DNA of 60,438 bases, counting the filler. It is 5 parts of 5 records of this genome, joined end to end, with 100 filler letters (N's around TTAATTAATTAA, not from the genome) between each part and the next. Parts side by side here need not be neighbours in the genome. Positions count along the whole stretch, not along the records: positions 1 to 7,010 come from SRR20825006_2095; positions 7,111 to 15,240 come from SRR20825006_2103; 3 more parts are not named here. One strand, written 5' to 3'. Both the position numbers and the translations under genes were made by a program. How positions within the stretch are numbered: the stretch's first letter is position 1; each line of letters starts with the position of its first letter. Positions 1 through 8,922 of the stretch are shown in pieces. The notes beneath the pieces were generated by a model. It worked only from the letters and a program-made list of their open reading frames with translations. It had not been told where the DNA came from and ran no database searches.

Positions 1-45
1 CACGTGCCCGATCAGCGACTTCATGTCCTGTATGTCGCCGCTCAT
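1..45 (-). CDS. trpD: Probable anthranilate phosphoribosyltransferase, N-terminal 15 codons only
   Basis: The ATG at 45-43 overlaps the trpG TGA (ATGA). Reads [15 protein letters not shown] to the window edge. Call rests on the usual trpG-trpD order. Confidence 0.55.
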   Translation of the reverse strand, partial: MSGDIQDMKSLIGHV

Positions 46-674
46 GTTCCGGTTTTCCGCAATTCCGATTCAAGCTGTTCCAGTGGCTTCAACGGCTCGG
101 CATTGACGCCGGAAATCCGCAGGAAGTTTTGTAGCAGCTTGTGGCCATGCTCGGAGGCGATGCTCTCGGGATGGAACTGGACGCCATGGATCGGCAGCTC
201 GCGGTGCTGCAGGCCCATGATCATGCCGTCTTCCGTCTCGGCGGTAATTTCGAGACAGTCCGGCAAGCTCGCCCGGTCGACGACCAGGGAGTGATAGCGG
301 GTCGCATCGAACGGGCTTGGCAGTCCTTGAAACACACCCTTGTCCGTATGGGTGACCGGGCTGATCTTGCCGTGCATCGGCACCGGCCCGCGGGTGATCT
401 TGCCACCGAAGGCCTGTCCGATAGACTGCAGCCCGAGGCAAACGCCAAACACAGGAACCTTCCCGGCGGAGCGCTCGATCAGCTCCAGGCAGATGCCGGC
501 ACTGTCCGGATCGCGCGGACCGGGCGAAAGCACAATGCCCTGCGGGTTCTGCGCCATCACCTCGTCGGTGCTGATCTGGTCATTCCGGTGAACAACCACC
601 TCCACGCCCAGTGACCCGAGAAAGTGCCACAGATTGTAGGTGAAGCTATCGTAATTGTCGATAAGTATGAACAT
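42..674 (-). CDS. trpG: Anthranilate synthase component II (glutamine amidotransferase)
   Basis: Motifs [30 protein letters not shown] and GVQFHPES. The true start is the ATG at 674, not the ORF-track start at 1790. Confidence 0.95.
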   Translation of the reverse strand: MFILIDNYDSFTYNLWHFLGSLGVEVVVHRNDQISTDEVMAQNPQGIVLSPGPRDPDSAGICLELIERSAGKVPVFGVCLGLQSIGQAFGGKITRGPVPMHGKISPVTHTDKGVFQGLPSPFDATRYHSLVVDRASLPDCLEITAETEDGMIMGLQHRELPIHGVQFHPESIASEHGHKLLQNFLRISGVNAEPLKPLEQLESELRKTGT

Positions 675-803
675 TTTCAGACTTTTATCGAATTGTGTTG
701 ATGTAATATCGGAGGCTCTTCTAGTGTTTATAGCAAGCCACCGCGCGAGCGCATAGAGACTGCCCCGGCAGGCTTGGCTTGGCAAACCCTTTTGGACCAG
801 TTC

Positions 804-1919
804 ATGGCGCGGAAACGCAAAGATAAAAACAGGATCAGCACACTTGCTCTCGCCGTTGGTGGAGGGGCATTCGTGCTGGCCGTCTTTGGTGTGGGGCTTT
901 GGGCGGGTATGCAGTTCGGGGCGGAGCCACCGGCAGAAATGCCAGCCGGAATGTCCGAGGGGAATGCCGTGCCGGACAAATCGCCTGCGTCTGCCCGCCA
1001 GACGGCAGCACTTCCAGCGCCCGAGCCTGCCGGGCCCAAACCACTTGATCAGGCTGCACTCGACCGGCTGATTGCCAAGGTCGCGGAGCCGGTGCCGGAA
1101 AAGACGGCAAAGCCCGCGCCCGCAATAATTCCTCCCATTGGGCCTCCCGTCACGGATCTGATGCCTGCAAAAACGCCGGCCTGGATCAGCAACGCGGTCG
1201 CCTACAAGGCGGAAGCCAGCAAGCCAATGATTGCGTTGGTGATCGACGATGTCGGGATCGACCGGCGCCGTTCTGACGCCGTGGTTGCCCTGCCCGGGCC
1301 GCTGACGCTGTCTTTTCTGACCTATGCCCATGATCTGGACAAACAGACCGCGGCCGCGCGGGCCGGAGGGCATGAGCTGATGGTGCATGTGCCGATGCAG
1401 CCGAAGAGCGCGGATGCGGATCCCGGCCCGAAGGTTCTCCGGGTGCGGGATACGCCGGTGCAGCTTGCCGAAAAGCTCGAATGGGGGCTTTCCAGGTTTG
1501 GCGGCTATGTCGGCGTCAACAATCACATGGGCAGCCGTTTCACTACGGATCAGGCCGGTATGCAGGCCGTGATGACGGCGCTTGGCGGGCGGGGGCTGTT
1601 TTTTCTCGATTCGATGACGGCGCCGGACAGCGCCGGCGTCAGCACGGCACGGGCGGCCGGGGTGCCCGTGCTGACCCGGGATGTCTTCCTCGATAACGAA
1701 GATTCTCCGGAGGAAGTCCGGTATCGCTTGGAACAGGTCGAGAAAATCGCTCTCAGGACCGGTGCCGCCATCGCTATCGGTCACCCGCACGATGCGACAA
1801 TCACTGTGCTCCGGGACTGGATACCGGATGCGCTATCCCGCGGATTTGCGATCGTTCCGGTTTCCGCGCTTGTCCGCAGGCGGTATCCGGCGCTATGGAA
1901 ACAGGCAGGACGTTCTTGA
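804..1919 (+). CDS. Divergent polysaccharide deacetylase family protein (YibQ-like), membrane anchored
   Basis: N-terminal TM helix, Pro/Ala linker, then [27 protein letters not shown] and AIAIGHP. Confidence 0.9.
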   Translation: MARKRKDKNRISTLALAVGGGAFVLAVFGVGLWAGMQFGAEPPAEMPAGMSEGNAVPDKSPASARQTAALPAPEPAGPKPLDQAALDRLIAKVAEPVPEKTAKPAPAIIPPIGPPVTDLMPAKTPAWISNAVAYKAEASKPMIALVIDDVGIDRRRSDAVVALPGPLTLSFLTYAHDLDKQTAAARAGGHELMVHVPMQPKSADADPGPKVLRVRDTPVQLAEKLEWGLSRFGGYVGVNNHMGSRFTTDQAGMQAVMTALGGRGLFFLDSMTAPDSAGVSTARAAGVPVLTRDVFLDNEDSPEEVRYRLEQVEKIALRTGAAIAIGHPHDATITVLRDWIPDALSRGFAIVPVSALVRRRYPALWKQAGRS

Positions 1920-1940
1920 TCCACCGTAAAGGAGCCGATC

Positions 1941-2390
1941 ATGGTTGATTGGACATTCGAGAGCTTTGAAAGCCTCTCTTGCGCCGATCTCTATGACATC
2001 CTGAGGCAGCGTCAGGATGTCTTCGTTCTTGAGCAGAAATGTTTTTATCCGGATATCGACGGCAAGGACCATCTGGCGCGTCACCTGATCGGGCGCGCTG
2101 AGGATGGTACTTTTCTCGCCTATCTGCGCGTTCTCGGCCCCGGCGATTATTACGACGAGCCCGCACTCGGCCGGGTGCTGGTGACGCCAGAGGCCCGGGG
2201 CAGGGGGCTTGCCCGCAAGCTGATGGAAGAGGGCCATGCCCGTGCCCGCGCGCTCTACGGGGACACGCCGATCAGGCTTAATGCGCAAGCCTATCTCAAG
2301 GATTTTTACCTGAGTGTCGGCTACGAAATTATCCGTGGTCCCTATGACGAGGACGGCATCCCGCATTACGAGATGCTGAAGGCGGCCTGA
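1941..2390 (+). CDS. elaA: ElaA-family GNAT acetyltransferase
   Basis: Motifs RQDVFVLEQ..YPDIDGKD, LGRVLV..RGRGLA, AQAYL..FY and EDGIPH; RBS AAGGAG. Confidence 0.88.
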   Translation: MVDWTFESFESLSCADLYDILRQRQDVFVLEQKCFYPDIDGKDHLARHLIGRAEDGTFLAYLRVLGPGDYYDEPALGRVLVTPEARGRGLARKLMEEGHARARALYGDTPIRLNAQAYLKDFYLSVGYEIIRGPYDEDGIPHYEMLKAA

Positions 2391-2506
2391 GAGGCTTTCA
2401 GGGAGCCAGTCGCACCTGTCCCGGGAAACCTTTCAGGGTTCCACACAGGGACAGGCGGGAAAGTCTTTTGGGGCGAACGGCAGGCCTGTCTTACCGAGAG
2501 AGATCT

Positions 2507-4114
2507 TCAGATTGCAATGGCCGCTCCGTCCCGGCGCGAATCCGCGGCACCTGAGAGGGCGCCGCTTTTCGGGTCGCGGCGGATTGCATGCATGCCGCCG
2601 CACTGCATGGAAAAAGGCGTTGTCATCTCAATTTCATGGCCACGCCGTTTCAACTCCGCGATCACTGGTTCTTCCACACGCGCTTCGAGGTTGACCTTGG
2701 CGCCGTCCCAAAGCCGGGCGCGAGGCGCGTCGATCGCGGCCTGAAGTTCGAGACCGAAATCGAGATGATGAACCATGGCTTGCGCCTGGGTTTGCAGGAT
2801 GCCGTAGCTTCCGGGGGTGCCAAGCGCGAGCACGGCCTCGCCGTCCTGGTCGAGCGAGATGGAGGGGGCGAGGCACATCCCGAAACGCTGCCCGCCGACA
2901 AGACGGTTCGGAGAGTCCGGGTGAAGATCGCCCCAGTTCATGAAGTTGTTCATGGTCACGCCCGTTCCCGGAATGACGACACCGGAGCCGAACATGGACC
3001 CGAGGCTTTGGGTCAGGCACACCGCGTTGCCGTCACGGTCGATGGCGGAAAAGGATGTTGTGTGTTCACGCAATTCCGCGCCCCCGGGAAGAGGACCGTC
3101 GCCGAATTGCTCCGTGCGCCCGATGATCGGTGCCGGGGCGAGGAGGAGATCGCGTAGTGGCGCGATGTGGCGCTCGCCGAGGAGCTCTGCCACCCGTTCC
3201 GGACTGCACTTGTTGTTGCGGATGCGGGTTTCCGCCGCCAGGCGGACCGCCCGGAAAACCATATCCAGATGATCCGCCGAAAGATGCTCCCTGGTCCCTA
3301 TATCAAGACCTTCGAGCAACTTCATGGTCAGCAGGAATTGAAAGGATTCGGCAGGCGGCGGCGGCACGTGAATGTCGAGCCCCCGGTAATTCGTGACCAC
3401 CGGGTCTTCCCAGACCGGCGCGACGGCGGCGAGATCGTCTTCGCTCATGCAACCACCAAGCGCGCGGAGATGCGCGATCATCTTTCGCCCGAGCGGGCCG
3501 TCATAGAGATAGGAAGGCCCCTCGGCTGCGATGGCCTCCAGGGTTTCCGCAAGATCGGGCTGCTTCAGGACCGCATTGAGGGTGGCATTATTGGTTGGAT
3601 CGACATAGGTCGAGAGCCATTCCGGCTGCATCGCCCTCGGACGGCTGACCTCCACCATCTCGACAAAGAATGACGAGACCGGGATACCTTGCTGCGCATG
3701 CTTGATCGCTGGCGCCAGAAGCGTGCTCAACGGGAGTGTGCCGAGTTCGGAAGCCAGCGTGCACCAACCGGCGAGATTGCCCGGCGTTCCGCTCGCATTC
3801 GCCCCGTCCAGGATATCTTGGCTCGTCAGTTTAGCGGCATCGAAGGCGGCCGGCACCGGCGGGTGAAAATCGAGAACGCGGACTTTGCCTTCTTTCGCTT
3901 TGAACACTGTTGCGCAGCCGAGACCGGCAAGGCCGGACATGAACGGCTCGGCAACGTTGAGAACCGCAGCGGTGGCAACGATGGCATCGAATGCGTTACC
4001 GCCGGCTTCCAGCATCTTGGTTCCTGCTGCCGAGGCCAGCGGATGGGCGGATGAGACCATTCCGCCGACCGCACGCACTGTCGGACGGCCATGTGAATAG
4101 ACGGCGACACCCAT
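2507..4114 (-). CDS. ggt: Gamma-glutamyltransferase family Ntn hydrolase
   Basis: GGNAFDA and EPFMSGL motifs, nucleophile Thr in HTTSFSAID, GSGVVIPGTG, and C-terminal GAADSRRDG. Confidence 0.9.
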   Translation of the reverse strand: MGVAVYSHGRPTVRAVGGMVSSAHPLASAAGTKMLEAGGNAFDAIVATAAVLNVAEPFMSGLAGLGCATVFKAKEGKVRVLDFHPPVPAAFDAAKLTSQDILDGANASGTPGNLAGWCTLASELGTLPLSTLLAPAIKHAQQGIPVSSFFVEMVEVSRPRAMQPEWLSTYVDPTNNATLNAVLKQPDLAETLEAIAAEGPSYLYDGPLGRKMIAHLRALGGCMSEDDLAAVAPVWEDPVVTNYRGLDIHVPPPPAESFQFLLTMKLLEGLDIGTREHLSADHLDMVFRAVRLAAETRIRNNKCSPERVAELLGERHIAPLRDLLLAPAPIIGRTEQFGDGPLPGGAELREHTTSFSAIDRDGNAVCLTQSLGSMFGSGVVIPGTGVTMNNFMNWGDLHPDSPNRLVGGQRFGMCLAPSISLDQDGEAVLALGTPGSYGILQTQAQAMVHHLDFGLELQAAIDAPRARLWDGAKVNLEARVEEPVIAELKRRGHEIEMTTPFSMQCGGMHAIRRDPKSGALSGAADSRRDGAAIAI

Positions 4115-4509
4115 CGAAATTCCCCCATTGAATTGAAGAGAGGCGAGCAGGACGCCCGCATCAATTGTGAGCCGCAGGACACGACTGGTGCGAGGATGCA
4201 GGTGACGAAAGGGATGATCAATCCAAAAGACATCCCTGTGGCCGGGTGGATGGTCGATACAGAAGGCGTATAGAGCGTCAAAAATTGCCTAACGCTGCGA
4301 TCAGCGGGCTGTCGCGCGGGGCATTCCGCATGATGAAATGCTTAAGTGGGCTCAAACTCGCCAGGGAAACATATCTGTTTCCAAACGGGCTTGTTGATTG
4401 CTTTCGGGTGCCCGCCGATCTCCCGCCAGTGCCCTCCGTAACCGGAAGGCAAATAAAGCAAAAGTCTGGAATCCGTTTTGACGTCGGTCCCCCGGTCCGG
4501 TTCTGTCGA

Positions 4510-4635
4510 GGAGCCGTCGATTTCCGCTGGCCTGCCGTTGTCTGGGGAGGGGCCATCGCTCCGCTTGTGGCATTGGCCTATTTCTTGACCCAACATCCGG
4601 ACCTGATGCGTGAAGCGGCACAGGAAGCGGCCTAG
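4510..4635 (+). pseudogene. Possible 3' remnant of a membrane transporter gene (last TM helix)
   Basis: WPAVVWGGAIAPLVALAYFLTQ then stop resembles an MFS terminal helix. The upstream part of the ORF does not look coding. Confidence 0.3.
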
Positions 4636-4671
4636 TTCCGGCGTTTGACGGCTGCATGCATCGAAAATTTA

Positions 4672-4700
4672 CCTCACCCGGCTCACAAAACCGGGTGAGG
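4672..4700. repeat. Perfect 10-bp inverted repeat upstream of the orphan secreted gene
   Basis: CCTCACCCGG-ctcacaaaa-CCGGGTGAGG. Confidence 0.6.
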
Positions 4701-4746
4701 AAGCGTCCAGACAATATCCTGATTATGAAAAGAAGGGAGTATTGTC

Positions 4747-5085
4747 ATGAAAGCTTTCTCCATTGCTCTGGTGCTTGGCCTTGTGGGCGTGTGTTTTGCT
4801 GGAGCGTCGAATAAAGCCGTTGCGGCCTGTGTCGTCGGCCCGCATGCGGCAGGTCTCCCTGTCGAGCAGGAGGTCTGGCCCAGCCAAACCAGATACGGCA
4901 ATCTGACAAATGCCTACAACGCCGGAACCTGCACGATAACGACAAGGCTTCATCAGAGCGGCACGCCGTGCCTGAATGGACGAACGAACAACCATATTCA
5001 GGTGACGACCGGCCAATATACCTATCACGTCTTTGGTTATTATGAGGTCGTCAACGGAAACAGATACCGTTGCGCAACGCGTTAG
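4747..5085 (+). CDS. Small secreted Cys-containing hypothetical protein (112 aa)
   Basis: RBS AAGGGAG, Sec signal peptide ending A-V-A, four Cys in the mature part, and a downstream terminator. Confidence 0.75.
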   Translation: MKAFSIALVLGLVGVCFAGASNKAVAACVVGPHAAGLPVEQEVWPSQTRYGNLTNAYNAGTCTITTRLHQSGTPCLNGRTNNHIQVTTGQYTYHVFGYYEVVNGNRYRCATR

Positions 5086-5111
5086 AAGTCTTTCGCGTGA
5101 GTCCTGAAACG

Positions 5112-5140
5112 AGAAACGCCGCCATGAAGGCGGCGTTTCT
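5112..5140. terminator. Probable bidirectional intrinsic terminator
   Basis: AGAAACGCCGCC-atgaa-GGCGGCGTTTCT, a 12-bp perfect stem between convergent genes. Confidence 0.85.
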
Positions 5141-5158
5141 GTCTTTGGAAAGAGCTGA

Positions 5159-7010
5159 TCAAGCGTCTTGTTTGCGCTTGTCGTCAGACTCGTCAATGGC
5201 TGCCTGTGCCGCCGCGAGCCGTGCGATCGGCACCCGGTAGGGAGAGCAGGAGACGTAGGTCAGACCGACCTCATGGCAGAAACGGACCGATTGCGGGTCG
5301 CCGCCATGCTCGCCGCAGATCCCCATCTTCAGATCCGGGCGGGTCTTCTTGCCCTTCTCTGCGCCCATGCGCACGAGGGCGCCGACGCCGTCCCTGTCGA
5401 TGGTGATGAAGGGGTCGGCTGGCAGCAGGCCGCGTTGCAGATATTCTTCGATGAAGGAGCCTGCATCGTCCCGAGAGAAGCCAAAGGTGGTTTGCGTCAG
5501 ATCGTTCGTACCGAAGCTGAAGAATTCGGCTGTTTCCGCGATCTCGTCCGCGACTATGCAGGCGCGGGGCAATTCGATCATGGTGCCGACCATATATTCG
5601 AACTCTTCGCCGGTTTCCTCTTTCACCGCGGCGGCGATGCGGCGGACGATAACGGCCTGATCGTCCATTTCGGCCTTGGTGCCGACCAGAGGGATCATCA
5701 CTTCCGGAATGGCCTTGATACCTTCCTTCTTCACCGCGACAACGGCTTCGAAGATGGCCCGGGCCTGCATTTCGCAGAGTTCCGGGTAGGTCACGGCGAG
5801 ACGGCAACCGCGATGACCCAGCATCGGGTTGGCTTCGTCCAGTTCCGCTTTCCTGATCTGCAGGGCACGCAGCGAGACGCCGGCGGCATCAGCCACAGCC
5901 TGCATTTCCTCGTCCGTGTGCGGCAGGAATTCGTTCAGCGGCGGATCGAGCAGGCGGATGGTCGCCGGCAGGCCGTTCATGATGCGGAACAGGGCGGTGA
6001 AGTCGTCACGCTGATAGGGCAGCAGCTTGGTAATGGCGGCGCGGCGGGCTTCCGGGTCGCGGGCCAGGATCATCTCGCGCATGTGCACGATCCGCTCCGG
6101 ATCGAAGAACATGTGCTCGGTTCGCGACAGGCCGATACCTTCGGCACCGAAATCGACGGCGGTCTGGGCATCCAGCGGGGTTTCCGCATTGGCCCGGACA
6201 CCGAGGGTGCGGAACTCGTCCACCCAGCCCATCAGCTCGCCGAAATCGCCGGTCAGCTCGGGCTTGATGGTGGCGACTTCGCCCTTCATCACCTCGCCGG
6301 TGGTGCCGTCCAGGGTGATGATGTCGCCTTCGGCGAACTCGCGCCCTCCAGCCAGCATCACCTTGTTCTTGCCATCGACCTTGATCTCGCCCGCACCGGA
6401 AACGCAGGGCGTGCCCATGCCGCGTGCCACAACGGCCGCGTGGGAGGTCATGCCGCCGCGTGTGGTCAGGATGCCCTCGGCCACGTGCATGCCGCCGATA
6501 TCCTCGGGGCTGGTCTCGTTACGAACCAGGATGACCTTCTTGCCGGCCTTGACCCATTCTTCCGCTTCCTCGGCGGTGAACACGATCTGACCGCTGGCGG
6601 CGCCGGGAGAGGCAGGCAGGCCACGGCCGACCACATCGCGTGTCGCACTCGGGTCCAGGGTCGGATGCAGCAGCTGGTCGAGCTGGGCCGGATCGATACG
6701 GCGCACGGCTTCGCGCTTGTCGATAAGGCCTTCACGCACCAGGTCGCAGGCAATCTTCAGAGCAGCCGCGGCCGTGCGCTTGCCGTTTCGGGTCTGCAGG
6801 ATCCAGAGCCGGTTCTGCTGAACCGTGAATTCCATGTCCTGCATGTCGCAATAATGGGCTTCCAGCTTGTCCCGGATCGCTACCAGTTCCTTGTAGACGT
6901 CCGGCTGGACCTCTTCCATGGAGGCAAGATCCCCGCCGCCTTCCTCACGTTCGGCGATGGTGAGCGGTTGCGGCGTACGAATGCCGGCGACCACGTCCTC
7001 GCCCTGGGCG
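5159..7010 (-). CDS. ppdK: Pyruvate, phosphate dikinase (5' truncated)
   Basis: VVAGIRTP, phospho-His motif GGMTSHAAVVA, EANPMLGHRGCR, FSFGTNDLTQ and GICGEHGG. Confidence 0.97.
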
Positions 7011-7110
7011 NNNNNNNNNNNNNNNNNNNNNNNNNNNNNNNNNNNNNNNNNNNNTTAATTAATTAANNNNNNNNNNNNNNNNNNNNNNNNNNNNNNNNNN
7101 NNNNNNNNNN
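7011..7110. other. Artificial contig linker
   Basis: N44-TTAATTAATTAA-N44, with stop codons in all six frames. Confidence 0.99.
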
Positions 7111-7563
7111 GTTGACGAAGCGCCAGCCGATGGTGGTGTCGTAAATTTCTGCCTTGCGTGAAAAGGCTGTGTCAGCCTTGGGCATCACAAACGGGGCGCG
7201 GCTCATGCTTTCCACGCCACCTGCCAAAATCACCTCGGCTTCGCCGGCCTTGATGGCGCGGGCCGCCATGCCCACCGCATCCATGCCAGAGCCGCACAAG
7301 CGGTTGATGGTGGTGCCGGGCACTGAGGTTGACAGCCCGGCCAAAAGGGTCGCCATGCGGGCCACGTTGCGGTTGTCTTCGCCTGCCTGGTTGGCGCAGC
7401 CCATATAGCAATCATCGATGGCACTCTGGTCCAAACCGGGCGCGGCCTCGATGGTTTTTTTGATCACATGCGCCAGCATATCGTCTGGTCGTACGGCTGC
7501 TAGAGTGCCCCCAAAACGGCCAATCGGCGTTCTAAATCCTTCGCACAAATAGGCTTCTGTCAC
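7111..7563 (-). CDS. paaJ: 3-oxoadipyl-CoA thiolase PaaJ/PcaF (3' truncated)
   Basis: RTPIGRFGG, GCANQAGEDNRNVARM and catalytic NRLCGSG; paa context. Confidence 0.9.
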
Positions 7564-7994
7564 GCCTCATCCTCCTCAAAATGGGTTCCCTTCACGGTGC
7601 GCGAATGGCCGCGAAAATGCGCCAATGCCTCGCCGTTCTGGTTGGTGATGGTCACATCATAAATGCCTGCACGCCCGGCCTTGCTGACTTCTACCGCTTT
7701 GGCGGTCAACACGTCGCCTTCCATGCCGGGCTGCACATAGGTGATTGAATTTTGGTAGGCCACAGCCAATTGGTTGTAGCTGTTGCAGGCAAAAGCAAAA
7801 GCGCTATCGGCCAACATGAAAATATAACCGCCATGGCAGATTTTATGGCCGTTCAAATGCTCTGGCCGCAAGGGCAGCGACAAGGTGGCTGTGCCCGGCC
7901 CCACATGATCCAATATCATGCCCACCCGTTGCGAGGCAAAATCATTGTCCCACATGGCTTTGGCGGCGCGTTCAGCGCGCTCCTGCGGGTTCAT
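7560..7994 (-). CDS. paaI: Phenylacetyl-CoA thioesterase PaaI
   Basis: Hotdog-fold motif HLNGHKICHGGYIFMLADSAFAFACNS. Confidence 0.93.
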   Translation of the reverse strand: MNPQERAERAAKAMWDNDFASQRVGMILDHVGPGTATLSLPLRPEHLNGHKICHGGYIFMLADSAFAFACNSYNQLAVAYQNSITYVQPGMEGDVLTAKAVEVSKAGRAGIYDVTITNQNGEALAHFRGHSRTVKGTHFEEDEA

Positions 7995-8785
7995 TATTCA
8001 ATGCCCCCAAATTGGGTTGGCCGCTTGTCCAAAAAGGCGCTCACCCCTTCGGCATAATCTTTTGAGCGACCGCAACGGCCCTGCATTTCAGCCTCCACGT
8101 CCAAGTGCTCGTCGAGCGTATGGTCGTGGGATGTTTGCAGCGCTTGCTTCATTTGCCCGAGGCCAAAGGTTGGGCCTTCGGCCATTTGCGCGGTCAGCTT
8201 GCGGGCTTCATCCATCAATTGGTCATCAGCCACGGCCTGCCAGATCATGCCCCAATCCACAGCCTGCTTGGCCATAACGGGCGTTGCTGTCATGCAGATA
8301 TATTTGGCACGTGCTTCGCCGATCAAGCGTGGCAAAATCCAGCTGCCCCCGGCATCAGGCACCAGCCCGACTTTGGCAAAGCTTTGGATGAATTTTGCGC
8401 TCTCCGCCGCCAGCACGATGTCGCAGCCGAGCGCGATATTAACCCCAGCTCCAGCCGCAACGCCATTTACGGCGCAGATGATTGGCTTGTTGATCGAACG
8501 GATCAAACGCACAAGTGGATTGTAAAAATTGGAAATGGTGGCGTGTAGATCCGGCGGCGTTTCCATTTTGCGCGGATCGCGGGCATCCAAATCCTGTCCA
8601 GCGCAGAAACCACGACCTGATCCGGTGAGCAGAATCGCCCGCACCGCATCATCATTTTTTGCCTCATTCAGCGCCTTTTGCAGCGCCTCATGCATCTCGT
8701 CATTGAACGAATTTAGACGGTCTGGACGGTTGAGCGCGATCTCAACCCAAGTCTCATTTTTGGTGACGATGATTGTATCGCTCAC
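7994..8785 (-). CDS. paaG: Ring-1,2-epoxyphenylacetyl-CoA isomerase PaaG
   Basis: Crotonase motifs LNRPDRLNSF, GFCAGQDL, AAGAG and GLVPDAGG. Confidence 0.92.
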   Translation of the reverse strand: MSDTIIVTKNETWVEIALNRPDRLNSFNDEMHEALQKALNEAKNDDAVRAILLTGSGRGFCAGQDLDARDPRKMETPPDLHATISNFYNPLVRLIRSINKPIICAVNGVAAGAGVNIALGCDIVLAAESAKFIQSFAKVGLVPDAGGSWILPRLIGEARAKYICMTATPVMAKQAVDWGMIWQAVADDQLMDEARKLTAQMAEGPTFGLGQMKQALQTSHDHTLDEHLDVEAEMQGRCGRSKDYAEGVSAFLDKRPTQFGGIE

Positions 8786-8865
8786 GCTAACCTCCCTTAA
8801 GAACTCACTTTTTTCCTTTTCGGACCAGCGAGAACAATCTCCATTTGAAAATTAGCTTTACATAA

Positions 8866-8879
8866 ACCGACTGGTTGGT
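8866..8879. promoter_or_regulatory. Putative TetR-type PaaR operator between the divergent paa operons
   Basis: ACCGA-CTGG-TTGGT, one mismatch from the ACCGA-N4-TCGGT palindrome I associate with PaaR. Confidence 0.55.
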
Positions 8880-8922
8880 CAATATATGTTTCAACGAAGA
8901 TCGACAGTGGGGGAGCAAATTA

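Noticed and set aside
675-1790. Apparent 372-aa N-terminal extension or fusion on TrpG
   Set aside because: It is the antisense shadow of the polysaccharide deacetylase gene; TrpG starts at [10 protein letters not shown] (674).
2415-2455. Nested hairpin between elaA and ggt as a possible ncRNA
   Set aside because: An 8-bp outer stem between convergent genes is adequately explained as a terminator.
5168-7066. 632-aa plus-strand ORF opposite ppdK
   Set aside because: Stop-poor antisense frame typical of high-GC genes, with no recognisable motifs.
7055-7066. TTAATTAATTAA repeated four times in the window
   Set aside because: Synthetic stop linker, not a biological repeat.
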